Notes: generated by a model not told the origin, from the sequence alone. 58,502 nt of DNA from an uncultured Bacilli bacterium (GCA_944332555.1 CALVKF010000004.1:1-58502); one strand, 5' to 3'. Numbered from the stretch's first letter, positions 19,441 through 28,823 are shown. Numbers and translations: made by a program.

Positions 19441-20868
19441 ATGGATTTATTAAGTGGTTTAAAGAAAAACAATACTATTTTTAATACTAAAGGTTCTAAA
19501 TATTATGCAACTAGTTATAATGCTAATTTAGATGTTTTTGCTATGATGACAAGGTTTAATAGAACTGATGATATAATCAATAAATTTCATTTAGCAATTG
19601 ACGAAGATGAAAATCTAGCATTAGCTAATTTATTATATATCTTAGATATTAGAAATGGTAAAGGGGAAAGAAGATTATTTAAAACTATTTATAAAGACTT
19701 ATGTCTAAATTATTCTGCTTTAGCATTGCGTATTTTACCTTTTATTAGTGAATTAGGTCGTTTTGATTATGTCCTAGAAGGTATAAATACATCAGTAGAA
19801 AAAGAAACAGTAGCTTTAATTAAAGATAGACTAAATAAAGATTTAACAACTAACGATGTATCACTACTTGCTAAATGGTTACCTTCTATTAGAACTCATA
19901 ACAAAAATAATAAATTAGCTAAAAAATTAGTTAAATTACTTGGTATGAGTGAAAAAGAATATCGCTATACTTTAAAAACATTAAGAGATAAAATAAATAT
20001 AGTTGAATCTAATTTAACTAATAAAACTTATGATAAAATTGATTTTTCTAAAGTTCCATCTAAAGCAATGTTAAAATACAATAATGCTTTTAATAAACAT
20101 TTAGAAAGTGAATTTAAGGAATATAAAAAATCTCTTGTAAAAGGAGAAACTAAAATTAATACAACTGGTTTATTTTGCTATGAAATAATTAAAAACATCT
20201 ACCAAAATAGAGGAGATAAAGAATTATTTGATTTAATGTGGCAAAATCAAAAAGAAATAGTAACTGATAAAAACATTTTGGTTGTTGCTGATACATCTGG
20301 TTCAATGACTGGTTTTGAACGCATTCCAATCTGTGCATCAATTGGTCTTGCTATTTATACTGCCGAAAGAAATACTGGTATATTTAAAGATCATTTTATT
20401 ACATTTTCTGAAGAACCAACATTACAAGTTATAAAGGGAAGAACAATTTATGAAAAAGTCCAAAATATGAAATGTATTAATCCTTTAAATACTGATATTG
20501 ATAAAGTATTTGAATTAATACTTACCACAGCAGTAGAAAATAAAATTAAAGGGGAAGAATTACCTAGTCATATTCTAATTATTACCGATATGGAATTTGA
20601 TGATGGTGTTCATTCTAAAGGTGGAACAAACTTTGAAGGTTGGAAAAAAGCTTTTAAAGATAAAGGATATCAACTTCCAACAATCATATTTTGGAATGTA
20701 GCGGGTTCCACCAGAGGTATTCCAATTACCAAATATGATGGAGATGTTGCCATTATCAGTGGTTTTTCTACTAACTTATTGGAAAATCTATTTACATTAG
20801 ATAATTACAATCCTACTGATGTTATGCTAGAACAATTAACTACTTATTTAGAAATGCTAAATAAGTAG
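19441..20868 (+). CDS. DUF2828 family protein (TROVE/Ro60-like helical domain plus vWA)
   Basis: DIRNGKGERRLF, SLLAKWLPS, IDFSKVPSKAM, MIDAS VADTSGSM, ITDMEFD, IIFWNV, ISGFS; GGAGG RBS at 19431. Confidence 0.85.
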   Translation: MDLLSGLKKNNTIFNTKGSKYYATSYNANLDVFAMMTRFNRTDDIINKFHLAIDEDENLALANLLYILDIRNGKGERRLFKTIYKDLCLNYSALALRILPFISELGRFDYVLEGINTSVEKETVALIKDRLNKDLTTNDVSLLAKWLPSIRTHNKNNKLAKKLVKLLGMSEKEYRYTLKTLRDKINIVESNLTNKTYDKIDFSKVPSKAMLKYNNAFNKHLESEFKEYKKSLVKGETKINTTGLFCYEIIKNIYQNRGDKELFDLMWQNQKEIVTDKNILVVADTSGSMTGFERIPICASIGLAIYTAERNTGIFKDHFITFSEEPTLQVIKGRTIYEKVQNMKCINPLNTDIDKVFELILTTAVENKIKGEELPSHILIITDMEFDDGVHSKGGTNFEGWKKAFKDKGYQLPTIIFWNVAGSTRGIPITKYDGDVAIISGFSTNLLENLFTLDNYNPTDVMLEQLTTYLEMLNK

Positions 20869-20878
20869 TTTTATTATA

Positions 20879-20908
20879 TAAAAAAAGCATAGCCTTTTAA
20901 GCTATGCC
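20879..20908 (-). terminator. Terminator after hsp20 (possibly bidirectional)
   Basis: GCATAGC-loop-GCTATGC with A-tract on the plus strand (T-run on minus). Confidence 0.6.
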
Positions 20909-20910
20909 AA

Positions 20911-21285
20911 TTATTTAACTTCGATGTATTTTTTGTTTTTATCTTCATCGATTTTATCAACAGTAATTGTTAGAATTCCATCTTTGAATTCAGCTTGAAT
21001 AGAATCTTCATCTATATCTTCTAGGTGGAAACTTCTTTCAATCTTACCATAAACTTTTCTTTCACGATGAAGATATTTTTTATTGTCTTCTTCTTTTTGT
21101 TCTTTTTCAGCTCTTATGACAATGTTTCCTTTGTTGCATTCAACTTTAATATCGCTCTTGTCATATCCTGGAACATCCATTTCAATGAAGACTTTACCAT
21201 CTTTTTCATAAATATCGCATTTCATCTTATTTTCTACTGTTAAATCACTTAACATATCATCAAAAAACATTCTACTTGGTAACAT
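20911..21285 (-). CDS. Hsp20/alpha-crystallin small heat-shock protein
   Basis: MKCDIYE...MDVPG..K.DI.V...YLHRER..YGKIERSF....I.A.FKDGILTITV.K. Confidence 0.93.
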   Translation of the reverse strand: MLPSRMFFDDMLSDLTVENKMKCDIYEKDGKVFIEMDVPGYDKSDIKVECNKGNIVIRAEKEQKEEDNKKYLHRERKVYGKIERSFHLEDIDEDSIQAEFKDGILTITVDKIDEDKNKKYIEVK

Positions 21286-21377
21286 AAATTATCATCATCC
21301 TTTCATTAATTATTATGTTATTAATTTAATGTTTTTAGTCAATATTTCCTATTGACATTATAACTATATCACTTTAA

Positions 21378-21404
21378 TTAGCACTTGTCAAGCTAAAGTG
21401 CTAA
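21378..21404. promoter_or_regulatory. CIRCE (HrcA operator) overlapping the hsp20 promoter
   Basis: TTAGCACTT-N9-AAGTGCTAA; minus-strand TTGACA (21386-21391) -17- TATAGT (21363-21368). Confidence 0.9.
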
Positions 21405-21427
21405 TTTCACAAATGTTTCACATTTAT

Positions 21428-21522
21428 GAAGTGGGTTCAAATGTTACGATAACAGGGGGTGTCATTAAACACAGTTAAAAGGTATTTTAAATAAATAAGA
21501 TAATTGACCAAAACCCACTTCC
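21428..21522 (-). ncRNA. Candidate stem-closed small RNA or leader
   Basis: 10-bp inverted repeat GAAGTGGGTT/AACCCACTTC immediately after minus-strand TTGCAA-16-TAAAAT. Confidence 0.4.
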
Positions 21523-21562
21523 AAGTTATATTTTACTAGAATTTTTATTAATTGCAAGCGAT

Positions 21563-21589
21563 TCGACATATATCGACATGGTTCGACAT
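21563..21589. repeat. Three direct repeats of TCGACAT with 10-bp period
   Basis: Copies at 21563, 21573 and 21583. Confidence 0.8.
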
Positions 21590-21598
21590 GAAATTAGT

Positions 21599-21775
21599 TT
21601 AATTTATGCGAATGGGGTCAGAACTTGTCCCTGATCCAGAGATATATGTGACATTGGAGTTGAGGTAGAAGACGGGTCTGACCGCATACGAATGACACTG
21701 TTTCTACCATAGACACTGCCATACGAAGACATTAGAATGGCATAGCGGGAAGCATCAGAATCGCGGGGTGGAAAA
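21599..21775 (-). pseudogene. Orphan 3' fragment of a surface-protein gene, paralogous to the C-terminus of 55077-56831
   Basis: Translates PRDSDASRYAILMSSYGSVYGRNSV-(1-nt frameshift near 21693)-SYAVRPVFYLNSNVTYISGSGTSSDPIRIN*, versus LRPVFYLNSNVTYLSGDGSEQNPIRIGM*. Confidence 0.8.
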
Positions 21776-21875
21776 ATTAGTTTTACTGGCCAAATTTTAT
21801 GATGTTTCAGCAGATTATATTTTAGGATTAATTAACATTAAAAAATAGATTGCCATAACACAATCTATTTTCTTT

Positions 21876-24419
21876 TTAATCAATTCTTAATGCTTCAACT
21901 GGATCTTTTTTAGAAGCCATTCTTGAAGGTATTAAACCAGCAATTGTTGTTAGTAAAACACTTATTATTACAAGTATTATTGCACCACCTACAGGAAGTA
22001 CAGCAATATTTGAAATACCTGATAAATTTTTAATTATAATATTTATTGGAATAGTTAGAAGTAGGGTAATAAGTATTCCCATAACTCCAGCAGTTAAACC
22101 TTCAATAAATGTTTCGGCATTAAATACTCTTGATATATCTTTTTTACTAGCACCAATAGCTCTAAGAATGCCAATTTCTTTAGTTCTTTCAAGTACTGAA
22201 ATATAAGTAATTATACCAATCATTATCGATGAAACAATTAGAGATATACTAACAAAAGCCATTAAAACATAACTTATTACATCAATAATAGTGGATACAC
22301 CACTCATCATGACTCCAACTATATCGGTATAATTTATAACATTTTCATCATGTCCATTATCTCTTTGGTCATCATTATAATTATTTATGATATTAACTAT
22401 TTCATCTTTAGAATCAAAATCTTTGGGATAAATATTTATAGCTGTTGGTTTATCTAAATCAATAACACCAATTTGGTTTAAGACATCTTCATAAGTAGCA
22501 CCAGCTTGTTCTTCATATGTAGCAATAACTTCAGCCATTTCTGTTGGGCTTAAACTTTGTAAGTAAGCCATTTGTTCTGGAGTAAGAGTACTTATATCAA
22601 ATTCTTCATCACTAAATTCTTGTCCTGTAAAAACATTTATATCAGGGTTTTCAAGTTGGGCTTGAGCAATTTCAGATTCATTTATTTTATTTATAACATA
22701 TTCTTTTAAATCCTTTAAATACATTACACCCCCAGCAGTTGAAGCAATAATTGATTCTTCATTAGGTCTAATAATACCTGTTATAACTATTTCTTCGGCA
22801 TTATCAAGTAGTTCTTTCATGTAATCATCATTATTTCTCTTATCAACCCAGATGCCATTTTCAAGTTCATAGTAATCACTATTTAAAACAAACTTAAATT
22901 TCATTCCCACTAAATCATCCATATTATATGATGTTTGTTCAACTTCAAATGGTGTCCCATTTACAATGTTTTGATACATTTCTGATAATTCTGATTGATC
23001 TTTTAAACCTAGAGCATATAAAGTAAAATCACTTATTTCATTGTTTTCATCAACTACTAAAACAACTTCGTTATATTCATCAGGCCAAGAACCAGCGACT
23101 AAATCATACATTTGCTCATTCATTTCCTGGCTATCAAACATTTCGCTAAATACATCTGTTGACATAAATGCTGATTGCATTTCATTCATGCTCATACCAA
23201 GTTCATCTAAAACAGTATTAGGATTAACTTGGATAATTTCTTCGTTATCATCTTTATAAATTTGTAAATTTAGATTATAAGAATAGCTTATTGCTGATGT
23301 ATAATCTTTAATGTTTGTATCATCACTTTCAATATAACTTTTGAAAGCTTCTAGGTTATTACTTTCAACACTAGCAGATGCTGTAGCCATCATTTCACTC
23401 ATGACATCATTAGAATATATTTTTCCTTCTTCGTGTTCCTTCGTATCACTACTTGGTTGCATACTAGATATAAAATCCGCAATTTCAACAGTTTCTTCTT
23501 GAACAGAAAGAGGGTAACTTGTAAGTGTTTCTTCTTCAACATTATTGATATATTCTTGAACACCATTAGATATGGCAAGTATTAGAGCTATACCAATAAT
23601 TCCTATGGAACCGGCGAAAGCTGTAAGGATTGTTCTTCCTTTTTTTGTCATTAAGTTATTTAAACTTAAATTCATAGCAGTCATAAATGACATCGATGTT
23701 TTTTTGCCAGACTCCATTTTTTCTTTAATTTCTTTTTTAGAATTATAGGCTCGCGAATCACTTGTAATTTCCCCATCTAGTAAATTGATAGTTCTTGTTG
23801 CATATTTTTCTGCTAAATCTGGATTGTGCGTAACCATAATTATTAATCTATCTTTAGAAATTTCTTTTAGTATTTCCATTATTTGAATACTTGTTTTAGT
23901 ATCAAGGGCACCAGTTGGTTCATCAGCAAGCAAGATATCGGGATTATTTACTAGGGCTCTTGCAATTGCCACTCTTTGCATTTGGCCACCACTCATTTGG
24001 TTAGGCTTTTTATACATTTGATCTTTAAGTCCTACTTTTTCTAATACTTCGATTGCTTTTTTTCTTCTAGTCTTTTTATCAACACCTGATAAAGTTAAAG
24101 CAAGTTCAACATTAGACAAAACACTTTGATGGGTTATTAAATTATAGTTTTGAAAAACAAAACCAATACGATGATTTCTATATGTATCCCAGTCTCGATC
24201 TTTATATTTTTTAGTACTTATACCATCGATGATTAAATCTCCAGATGTATAGTGATCAAGTCCTCCGATAATATTTAAAAGTGTTGTTTTACCACAACCA
24301 GAAGGTCCTAGTATAGCAACAAACTCTGATTCTCTAAATTCTATATTTATCCCTTTAAGGGCTTTTACTATTTCTTCTCCTGATTCATAATTCTTCTTAA
24401 TATTTTTAAGTTGTAACAA
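21876..24419 (-). CDS. Fused ABC transporter ATPase/FtsX-type permease (MacB-like)
   Basis: GPSGCGKT, MSGGQMQR, LADEPTG, VTH; C-terminal SVLERTKEIGILRAIGA...DPVEALR. Confidence 0.93.
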   Translation of the reverse strand: MLQLKNIKKNYESGEEIVKALKGINIEFRESEFVAILGPSGCGKTTLLNIIGGLDHYTSGDLIIDGISTKKYKDRDWDTYRNHRIGFVFQNYNLITHQSVLSNVELALTLSGVDKKTRRKKAIEVLEKVGLKDQMYKKPNQMSGGQMQRVAIARALVNNPDILLADEPTGALDTKTSIQIMEILKEISKDRLIIMVTHNPDLAEKYATRTINLLDGEITSDSRAYNSKKEIKEKMESGKKTSMSFMTAMNLSLNNLMTKKGRTILTAFAGSIGIIGIALILAISNGVQEYINNVEEETLTSYPLSVQEETVEIADFISSMQPSSDTKEHEEGKIYSNDVMSEMMATASASVESNNLEAFKSYIESDDTNIKDYTSAISYSYNLNLQIYKDDNEEIIQVNPNTVLDELGMSMNEMQSAFMSTDVFSEMFDSQEMNEQMYDLVAGSWPDEYNEVVLVVDENNEISDFTLYALGLKDQSELSEMYQNIVNGTPFEVEQTSYNMDDLVGMKFKFVLNSDYYELENGIWVDKRNNDDYMKELLDNAEEIVITGIIRPNEESIIASTAGGVMYLKDLKEYVINKINESEIAQAQLENPDINVFTGQEFSDEEFDISTLTPEQMAYLQSLSPTEMAEVIATYEEQAGATYEDVLNQIGVIDLDKPTAINIYPKDFDSKDEIVNIINNYNDDQRDNGHDENVINYTDIVGVMMSGVSTIIDVISYVLMAFVSISLIVSSIMIGIITYISVLERTKEIGILRAIGASKKDISRVFNAETFIEGLTAGVMGILITLLLTIPINIIIKNLSGISNIAVLPVGGAIILVIISVLLTTIAGLIPSRMASKKDPVEALRID

Positions 24420-24431
24420 TATACCATCTCC

Positions 24432-25268
24432 TTAATCTTTAACTATTTCAAAGTCAATATGTTTTATTTTTAACTTTGCTCTGTATATATTATATTTAAT
24501 TTCTCTTTCTATTTTTATTAATTCTGGTAACGATAAATCATCATCAATACTTATTTCTATTGTTGCTGTATAGTGTTTATTTATATTATTTAAATTAATT
24601 GAATTAAAATAAACATTATTATATTTATTAATTATTTGTTTTACTTTATCATTTACTTTTTTAGATGTATCATTAGAACTATGCATTAATATTATGTTGT
24701 TAGCAATTATTTTATATCCTTTTATAAATATTAAAATGCTTATAAATAAACAACCATATAAATTAATTAATGGTATTTTTATACTTAACATAATTAACAT
24801 AAACATTAAAATATTAAGTAGGGCATCATAGTAAGAATTTTTACTAGTTATATATAAACTTTGACTAAATATATTTTTACTAATATTAAATGTATAATTA
24901 GAATTTAAAAAATGCATTAAAATAATAGTAATCATAATAAATATAATATTACCTGATGCACAAGTAAAATCTAAATAAAATGTTTGTTCAAATAAATATA
25001 TAGATGTAATAATGAGTATTATACCTACAAAAATATGTAAAATTGATTCTTGTTTACCAAATCCAAAAGGATGCTTCATATTAGCTTTACGCATAGATAT
25101 AACACTTCCAATATAAGCAATTGCTTCATTAATATAATTGCATAAAGTAAAATAACCTAGCATCATTAAAATATAACTATTAAAAAATATTCCACAGACT
25201 ATTTTTATAATAGCTAGTGCTAAATTTATAAACATACTTACATTTAAGGTTTGTTCTTCTTTTATCAT
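24432..25268 (-). CDS. Cation diffusion facilitator family transporter (divergent)
   Basis: N.ALAIIKIVCG, HPFGFGK.E, about 6 TM helices and a C-terminal dimerisation domain; metal-site residues degenerate. Confidence 0.7.
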   Translation of the reverse strand: MIKEEQTLNVSMFINLALAIIKIVCGIFFNSYILMMLGYFTLCNYINEAIAYIGSVISMRKANMKHPFGFGKQESILHIFVGIILIITSIYLFEQTFYLDFTCASGNIIFIMITIILMHFLNSNYTFNISKNIFSQSLYITSKNSYYDALLNILMFMLIMLSIKIPLINLYGCLFISILIFIKGYKIIANNIILMHSSNDTSKKVNDKVKQIINKYNNVYFNSINLNNINKHYTATIEISIDDDLSLPELIKIEREIKYNIYRAKLKIKHIDFEIVKD

Positions 25269-25299
25269 ATATTACACCTATAATAAATTATATCACATA

Positions 25300-25830
25300 T
25301 TAGCGATATATTATATAGTTTTCTTTTCTTGGCTTAGCAATTGGCAGTTCACTATCTCTATATCCTAATATAACATTACCAACACCTTCATATGTTTCAT
25401 CTAATCCCCAAGATTTAAGTAGATCTTTACCAAACTCTGTTTCAAATGTTTCTTTAGCTCTATCAATCCAACAAGAATCAACTCCCAAACTAAATGCAGC
25501 ATTTAAAATGTTGGTTATAACACTAGATCCATCTTTAACATGTGTTGGAATATCTTTTTTAGCAAGTACTACCACTAAAGTAGGGGCACCATAAAAAGGA
25601 TTAGTGTCTCTACCCATAATACTGGCATTAATTTTAGCAATTTTATCTATTAAATCTTTATCTTGAATGGCTACAATTACTGCACTTTGCATACCCATAC
25701 CACTTGGTGCATAGGTTCCACACTTAAGTATTTCATCTAAAATATCTTTAGGAATTTGTGTGTCTTTAAAACTTCTCACACTTCTTCTTTCACATAATAC
25801 TTTAGTTGTTTCATTCAATTTTATCACCAT
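25300..25830 (-). CDS. Nitroreductase family protein
   Basis: RRSVRSF, APSGMGMQ, FYGAP, AA.SLGVDSCWI, LGY. Confidence 0.9.
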   Translation of the reverse strand: MVIKLNETTKVLCERRSVRSFKDTQIPKDILDEILKCGTYAPSGMGMQSAVIVAIQDKDLIDKIAKINASIMGRDTNPFYGAPTLVVVLAKKDIPTHVKDGSSVITNILNAAFSLGVDSCWIDRAKETFETEFGKDLLKSWGLDETYEGVGNVILGYRDSELPIAKPRKENYIIYR

Positions 25831-25858
25831 CCTACATTATAATACCACATTTTTACTA

Positions 25859-28327
25859 TTAATTACTATTATTAATTTTTTTAGTATAATTACATCCAGT
25901 TTTTGAATAATTAGAACAACCAAGAAAATCACCATATTGACCATGTTTTCTTATTAATCTACCTCCACATTTAGGACAAGTATATTTTGATTTTTGTATT
26001 TCAGTTCCATAAATGTTTTTTAATTCTTGAACAAATTCCGATTCTTTGTTTTTTATAGTAACTAAAAAAACTTTTCTTTTGGCTCTTGTTATTGTTACAT
26101 AAAATAATCTTCTTTCTTCTGCTAAAGGGAAATTATCACTACTTTCTAACAAAAGTTTTAAAATGTGGGCATCTTGAATTTGGCTTGGAAATCCCATACG
26201 ACCTTTTTTATTGTTAATAATAAAAACATAATCAGCTTGTAATCCTTTGGATTTATGAGCTGTAACATATTGGATTTTTAAATCGGGTCTTTTAAAATAT
26301 TTTACATCAACTAGGCCAGTTTCATTATTAAAGTTATAATTTAACTCAATAAAGTTTTTTAATAAATTTATATCAAAATTATATCTTCCAATAAGAAATA
26401 CTGTACTATTTTTTGGTAAATCTTTTAATTTTTCAATCATAAATTTAATACTATATTCTTCTGTGTAACCTTGAATTTCTTCTAATGCAAAAGTATAATC
26501 AAAATCTTGACTTTTAATCTGTTTATATATTTGTTTGGGATTTTTCATGATAAAATTACTGCTTATATCAATTAAGCTCTGTGAAAAACGATAGGTTGTT
26601 TCAATTTTGCTGATTTCTGATGGTCCCCAATATTTTTCAAAGTCTAATATATATCCAATATCACTTCCAGAAAATCTATATATACTTTGCCAGTCATCAC
26701 CAACACAAAATAATTTAAAATCATTTGATTGTCTTAAACTATCTATTAACTTAAATCTAGATTTTGATATATCTTGATATTCATCAATTATTACATATTT
26801 GTAAGGATTTATAAATTTACCAGTATTGACATAGTTTGTAGCTAAATTTATCATGTCATTAAAATCAATTTCTTTATTATTGTTTAAATAATCACAATAG
26901 GCGTTATATATGGGTTCTACGAGATTAAGTAATATATTATCAGTCTTATATTCGGTTATATTTCTTAAGTCTTCAAATGTATAATTGTTACTTTTTATTA
27001 AGTTAATTATTGTTTGAAACAATTCAATTATTCCATCAACCAATGATTTATTATTAGTGCTTAAATTGGCCCATAACTCTTCTGGACTTTTTGGATTGAA
27101 TTTGACGGAATTTTCCAATAATCTTTGTTCTAATTTTTTTAATAAAATACCCTCACTTTTTTCAAAAGCATAGCATTCTATCATAACTGTGTTGTTTTCT
27201 TTATGTATTTTTCTTTTCCATCTCATAGATTCTTGATAACTTTGTGTTGCACTCATATTATGAGATGGTTTAAAATATGGAGGAACCTCGCCATTTCTAT
27301 CTATGCTAAAATATTCTATATAAATATTATAATCCGGCAAATAAAAATCAGGACGGTATTGACCATATTCAGTGTCTGCAACATCATATTTATAGGGTTC
27401 TTCATAAATGTAATTTATATTATTTTGATTTAAATAATTTGCAATATCCATTTCTCCATAACTTTTAACAATTTCATTTTTTATTGTAGTAGGGGGATTA
27501 TATTGTAAATATTCTTTATATTCCTTTTCGTTTTTAAATTCGAATTCTGATTTGGGTACAACATAATTGTATAAAAAATAGTTATTTAACAAATTTAAAT
27601 AATCTTTATTTTTTATATTTTGTTGTAATTGTTCTTTAATAAATTTTGATAAATTTAATTGTGATATTTTCGGAATACTCCCATTTACTTTGGTTATGAT
27701 AGATAATCCTAGTTTGTGGAATGTACAAGCTGTTATATCAGCTCCGGTTTCTTTAGCGATTCTTTCTTTCATTTCAGATGCAGAAGCATTAGTAAATGAT
27801 AGTACTAAAATATCTTCAGGGTTACATTCTAGTGTTTTAAGTAAATATTTAACTTTACCAACAATAGTTGTGGTCTTTCCTGTTCCTGCACCAGCAATAA
27901 CTAAGTTATTGTGTGTTTCTTTAATAATGCATTTCATTTGCTGTTTATCTAATTTTTTTCCTTCAACATTACCAATTAAGTTATAAGCATCATTAATTTT
28001 TATGTTTGCAATATTATCATTATGTATTCTAATTTTTTCTTTTAAATTAACATTATTTAGAGTTTCAATATTTTTCAATAGCATTTTATAATTATTGGCT
28101 TTCTTTAATTTTATTACTTTTTCACGAGTAATTTTATCCGATATTAAATTATATTTAATTTGCCAATTTTTTTCTAAATTTGGATCAATAAAATCATTAT
28201 TATTTTGAAATATATCATTAATATAGTTAATCAGTTCATTAATTTCACTGATTAAATTATTACAGTCATTATTTATTTTTTCCTTTTTCTCTTTGTAATT
28301 TTGTATCAACATCTTAATAAGATTCAA
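25859..28327 (-). CDS. UvrD-family (helicase IV-like) DNA helicase with nuclease-like insertion and C-terminal topoisomerase-type zinc finger
   Basis: AGAGTGKT, IDEYQD, VGDDWQSIYRF, TAHKSKGL, EERRLFYV.ITRAK; YRPDFYL..YNIYIEYF insert; CPKCGG...FLGCSNY...C. Confidence 0.9.
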   Translation of the reverse strand: MNLIKMLIQNYKEKKEKINNDCNNLISEINELINYINDIFQNNNDFIDPNLEKNWQIKYNLISDKITREKVIKLKKANNYKMLLKNIETLNNVNLKEKIRIHNDNIANIKINDAYNLIGNVEGKKLDKQQMKCIIKETHNNLVIAGAGTGKTTTIVGKVKYLLKTLECNPEDILVLSFTNASASEMKERIAKETGADITACTFHKLGLSIITKVNGSIPKISQLNLSKFIKEQLQQNIKNKDYLNLLNNYFLYNYVVPKSEFEFKNEKEYKEYLQYNPPTTIKNEIVKSYGEMDIANYLNQNNINYIYEEPYKYDVADTEYGQYRPDFYLPDYNIYIEYFSIDRNGEVPPYFKPSHNMSATQSYQESMRWKRKIHKENNTVMIECYAFEKSEGILLKKLEQRLLENSVKFNPKSPEELWANLSTNNKSLVDGIIELFQTIINLIKSNNYTFEDLRNITEYKTDNILLNLVEPIYNAYCDYLNNNKEIDFNDMINLATNYVNTGKFINPYKYVIIDEYQDISKSRFKLIDSLRQSNDFKLFCVGDDWQSIYRFSGSDIGYILDFEKYWGPSEISKIETTYRFSQSLIDISSNFIMKNPKQIYKQIKSQDFDYTFALEEIQGYTEEYSIKFMIEKLKDLPKNSTVFLIGRYNFDINLLKNFIELNYNFNNETGLVDVKYFKRPDLKIQYVTAHKSKGLQADYVFIINNKKGRMGFPSQIQDAHILKLLLESSDNFPLAEERRLFYVTITRAKRKVFLVTIKNKESEFVQELKNIYGTEIQKSKYTCPKCGGRLIRKHGQYGDFLGCSNYSKTGCNYTKKINNSN

Positions 28328-28425
28328 TTTAACACCACTCCCAACTGCTTTAGTACTATAATATCACATTTTTGTGATAAAGTATTGATTTTTCTTTGTT
28401 TTTTTGATATCCTATTAACAGTTAT

Positions 28426-28502
28426 GGCGGAATTGGTGAAGTGGTTAACACGGTAGATTGTGGCTCTATTATGCATGGGTTCGACTCCCATATTTCGCCC
28501 CA
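28426..28502 (+). tRNA. tRNA-His(GUG)
   Basis: G(-1)GCGGAATTGGTGAAGTGGTTAACAC-GGTAGA-TT-GTG-GC-TCTATT...GGTTCGACTCC...CGCCCCA. Confidence 0.95.
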
Positions 28503-28554
28503 TAGTGTGATTAGACTAGGATAATTATTTAATAGTCCTAGTTTTTTGTTGAAA

Positions 28555-28600
28555 TAAAAAAGGGATTAACCCTCGCCCCAGCGGGCAAGGATTAATCCCT
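28555..28600 (-). terminator. 18-bp hairpin with T-run on the minus strand
   Basis: AGGGATTAATCCTTGCCC-GCTG-GGGCGAGGGTTAATCCCT-TTTTT; pairs fully only on the minus strand (G-U pairs). Confidence 0.65.
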
Positions 28601-28823
28601 ATAAAAATATTTTACTGCATATTTTGTGATAATCAAGTTTTGAGAAATTGACATTTTGAATTTGTTGTGATATGTTTATTTATAGAAAGAGAAGTCAATT
28701 GATATTTACTCATAGGCTTCTCCTTTGTTTAAATAGTAAAAATATTTTATATTAATAATTTGTTCTATGTTATATAATTTCTTAAAGAAATTTAAAATAT
28801 TTTGGAAAGGGTTAAGGATTATT

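Noticed and set aside
21599-21775. DGR template repeat for the 55077-56831 gene
   Set aside because: Differences are mostly synonymous and not restricted to adenines, the fragment is not AAY-rich, and no reverse transcriptase is in the window
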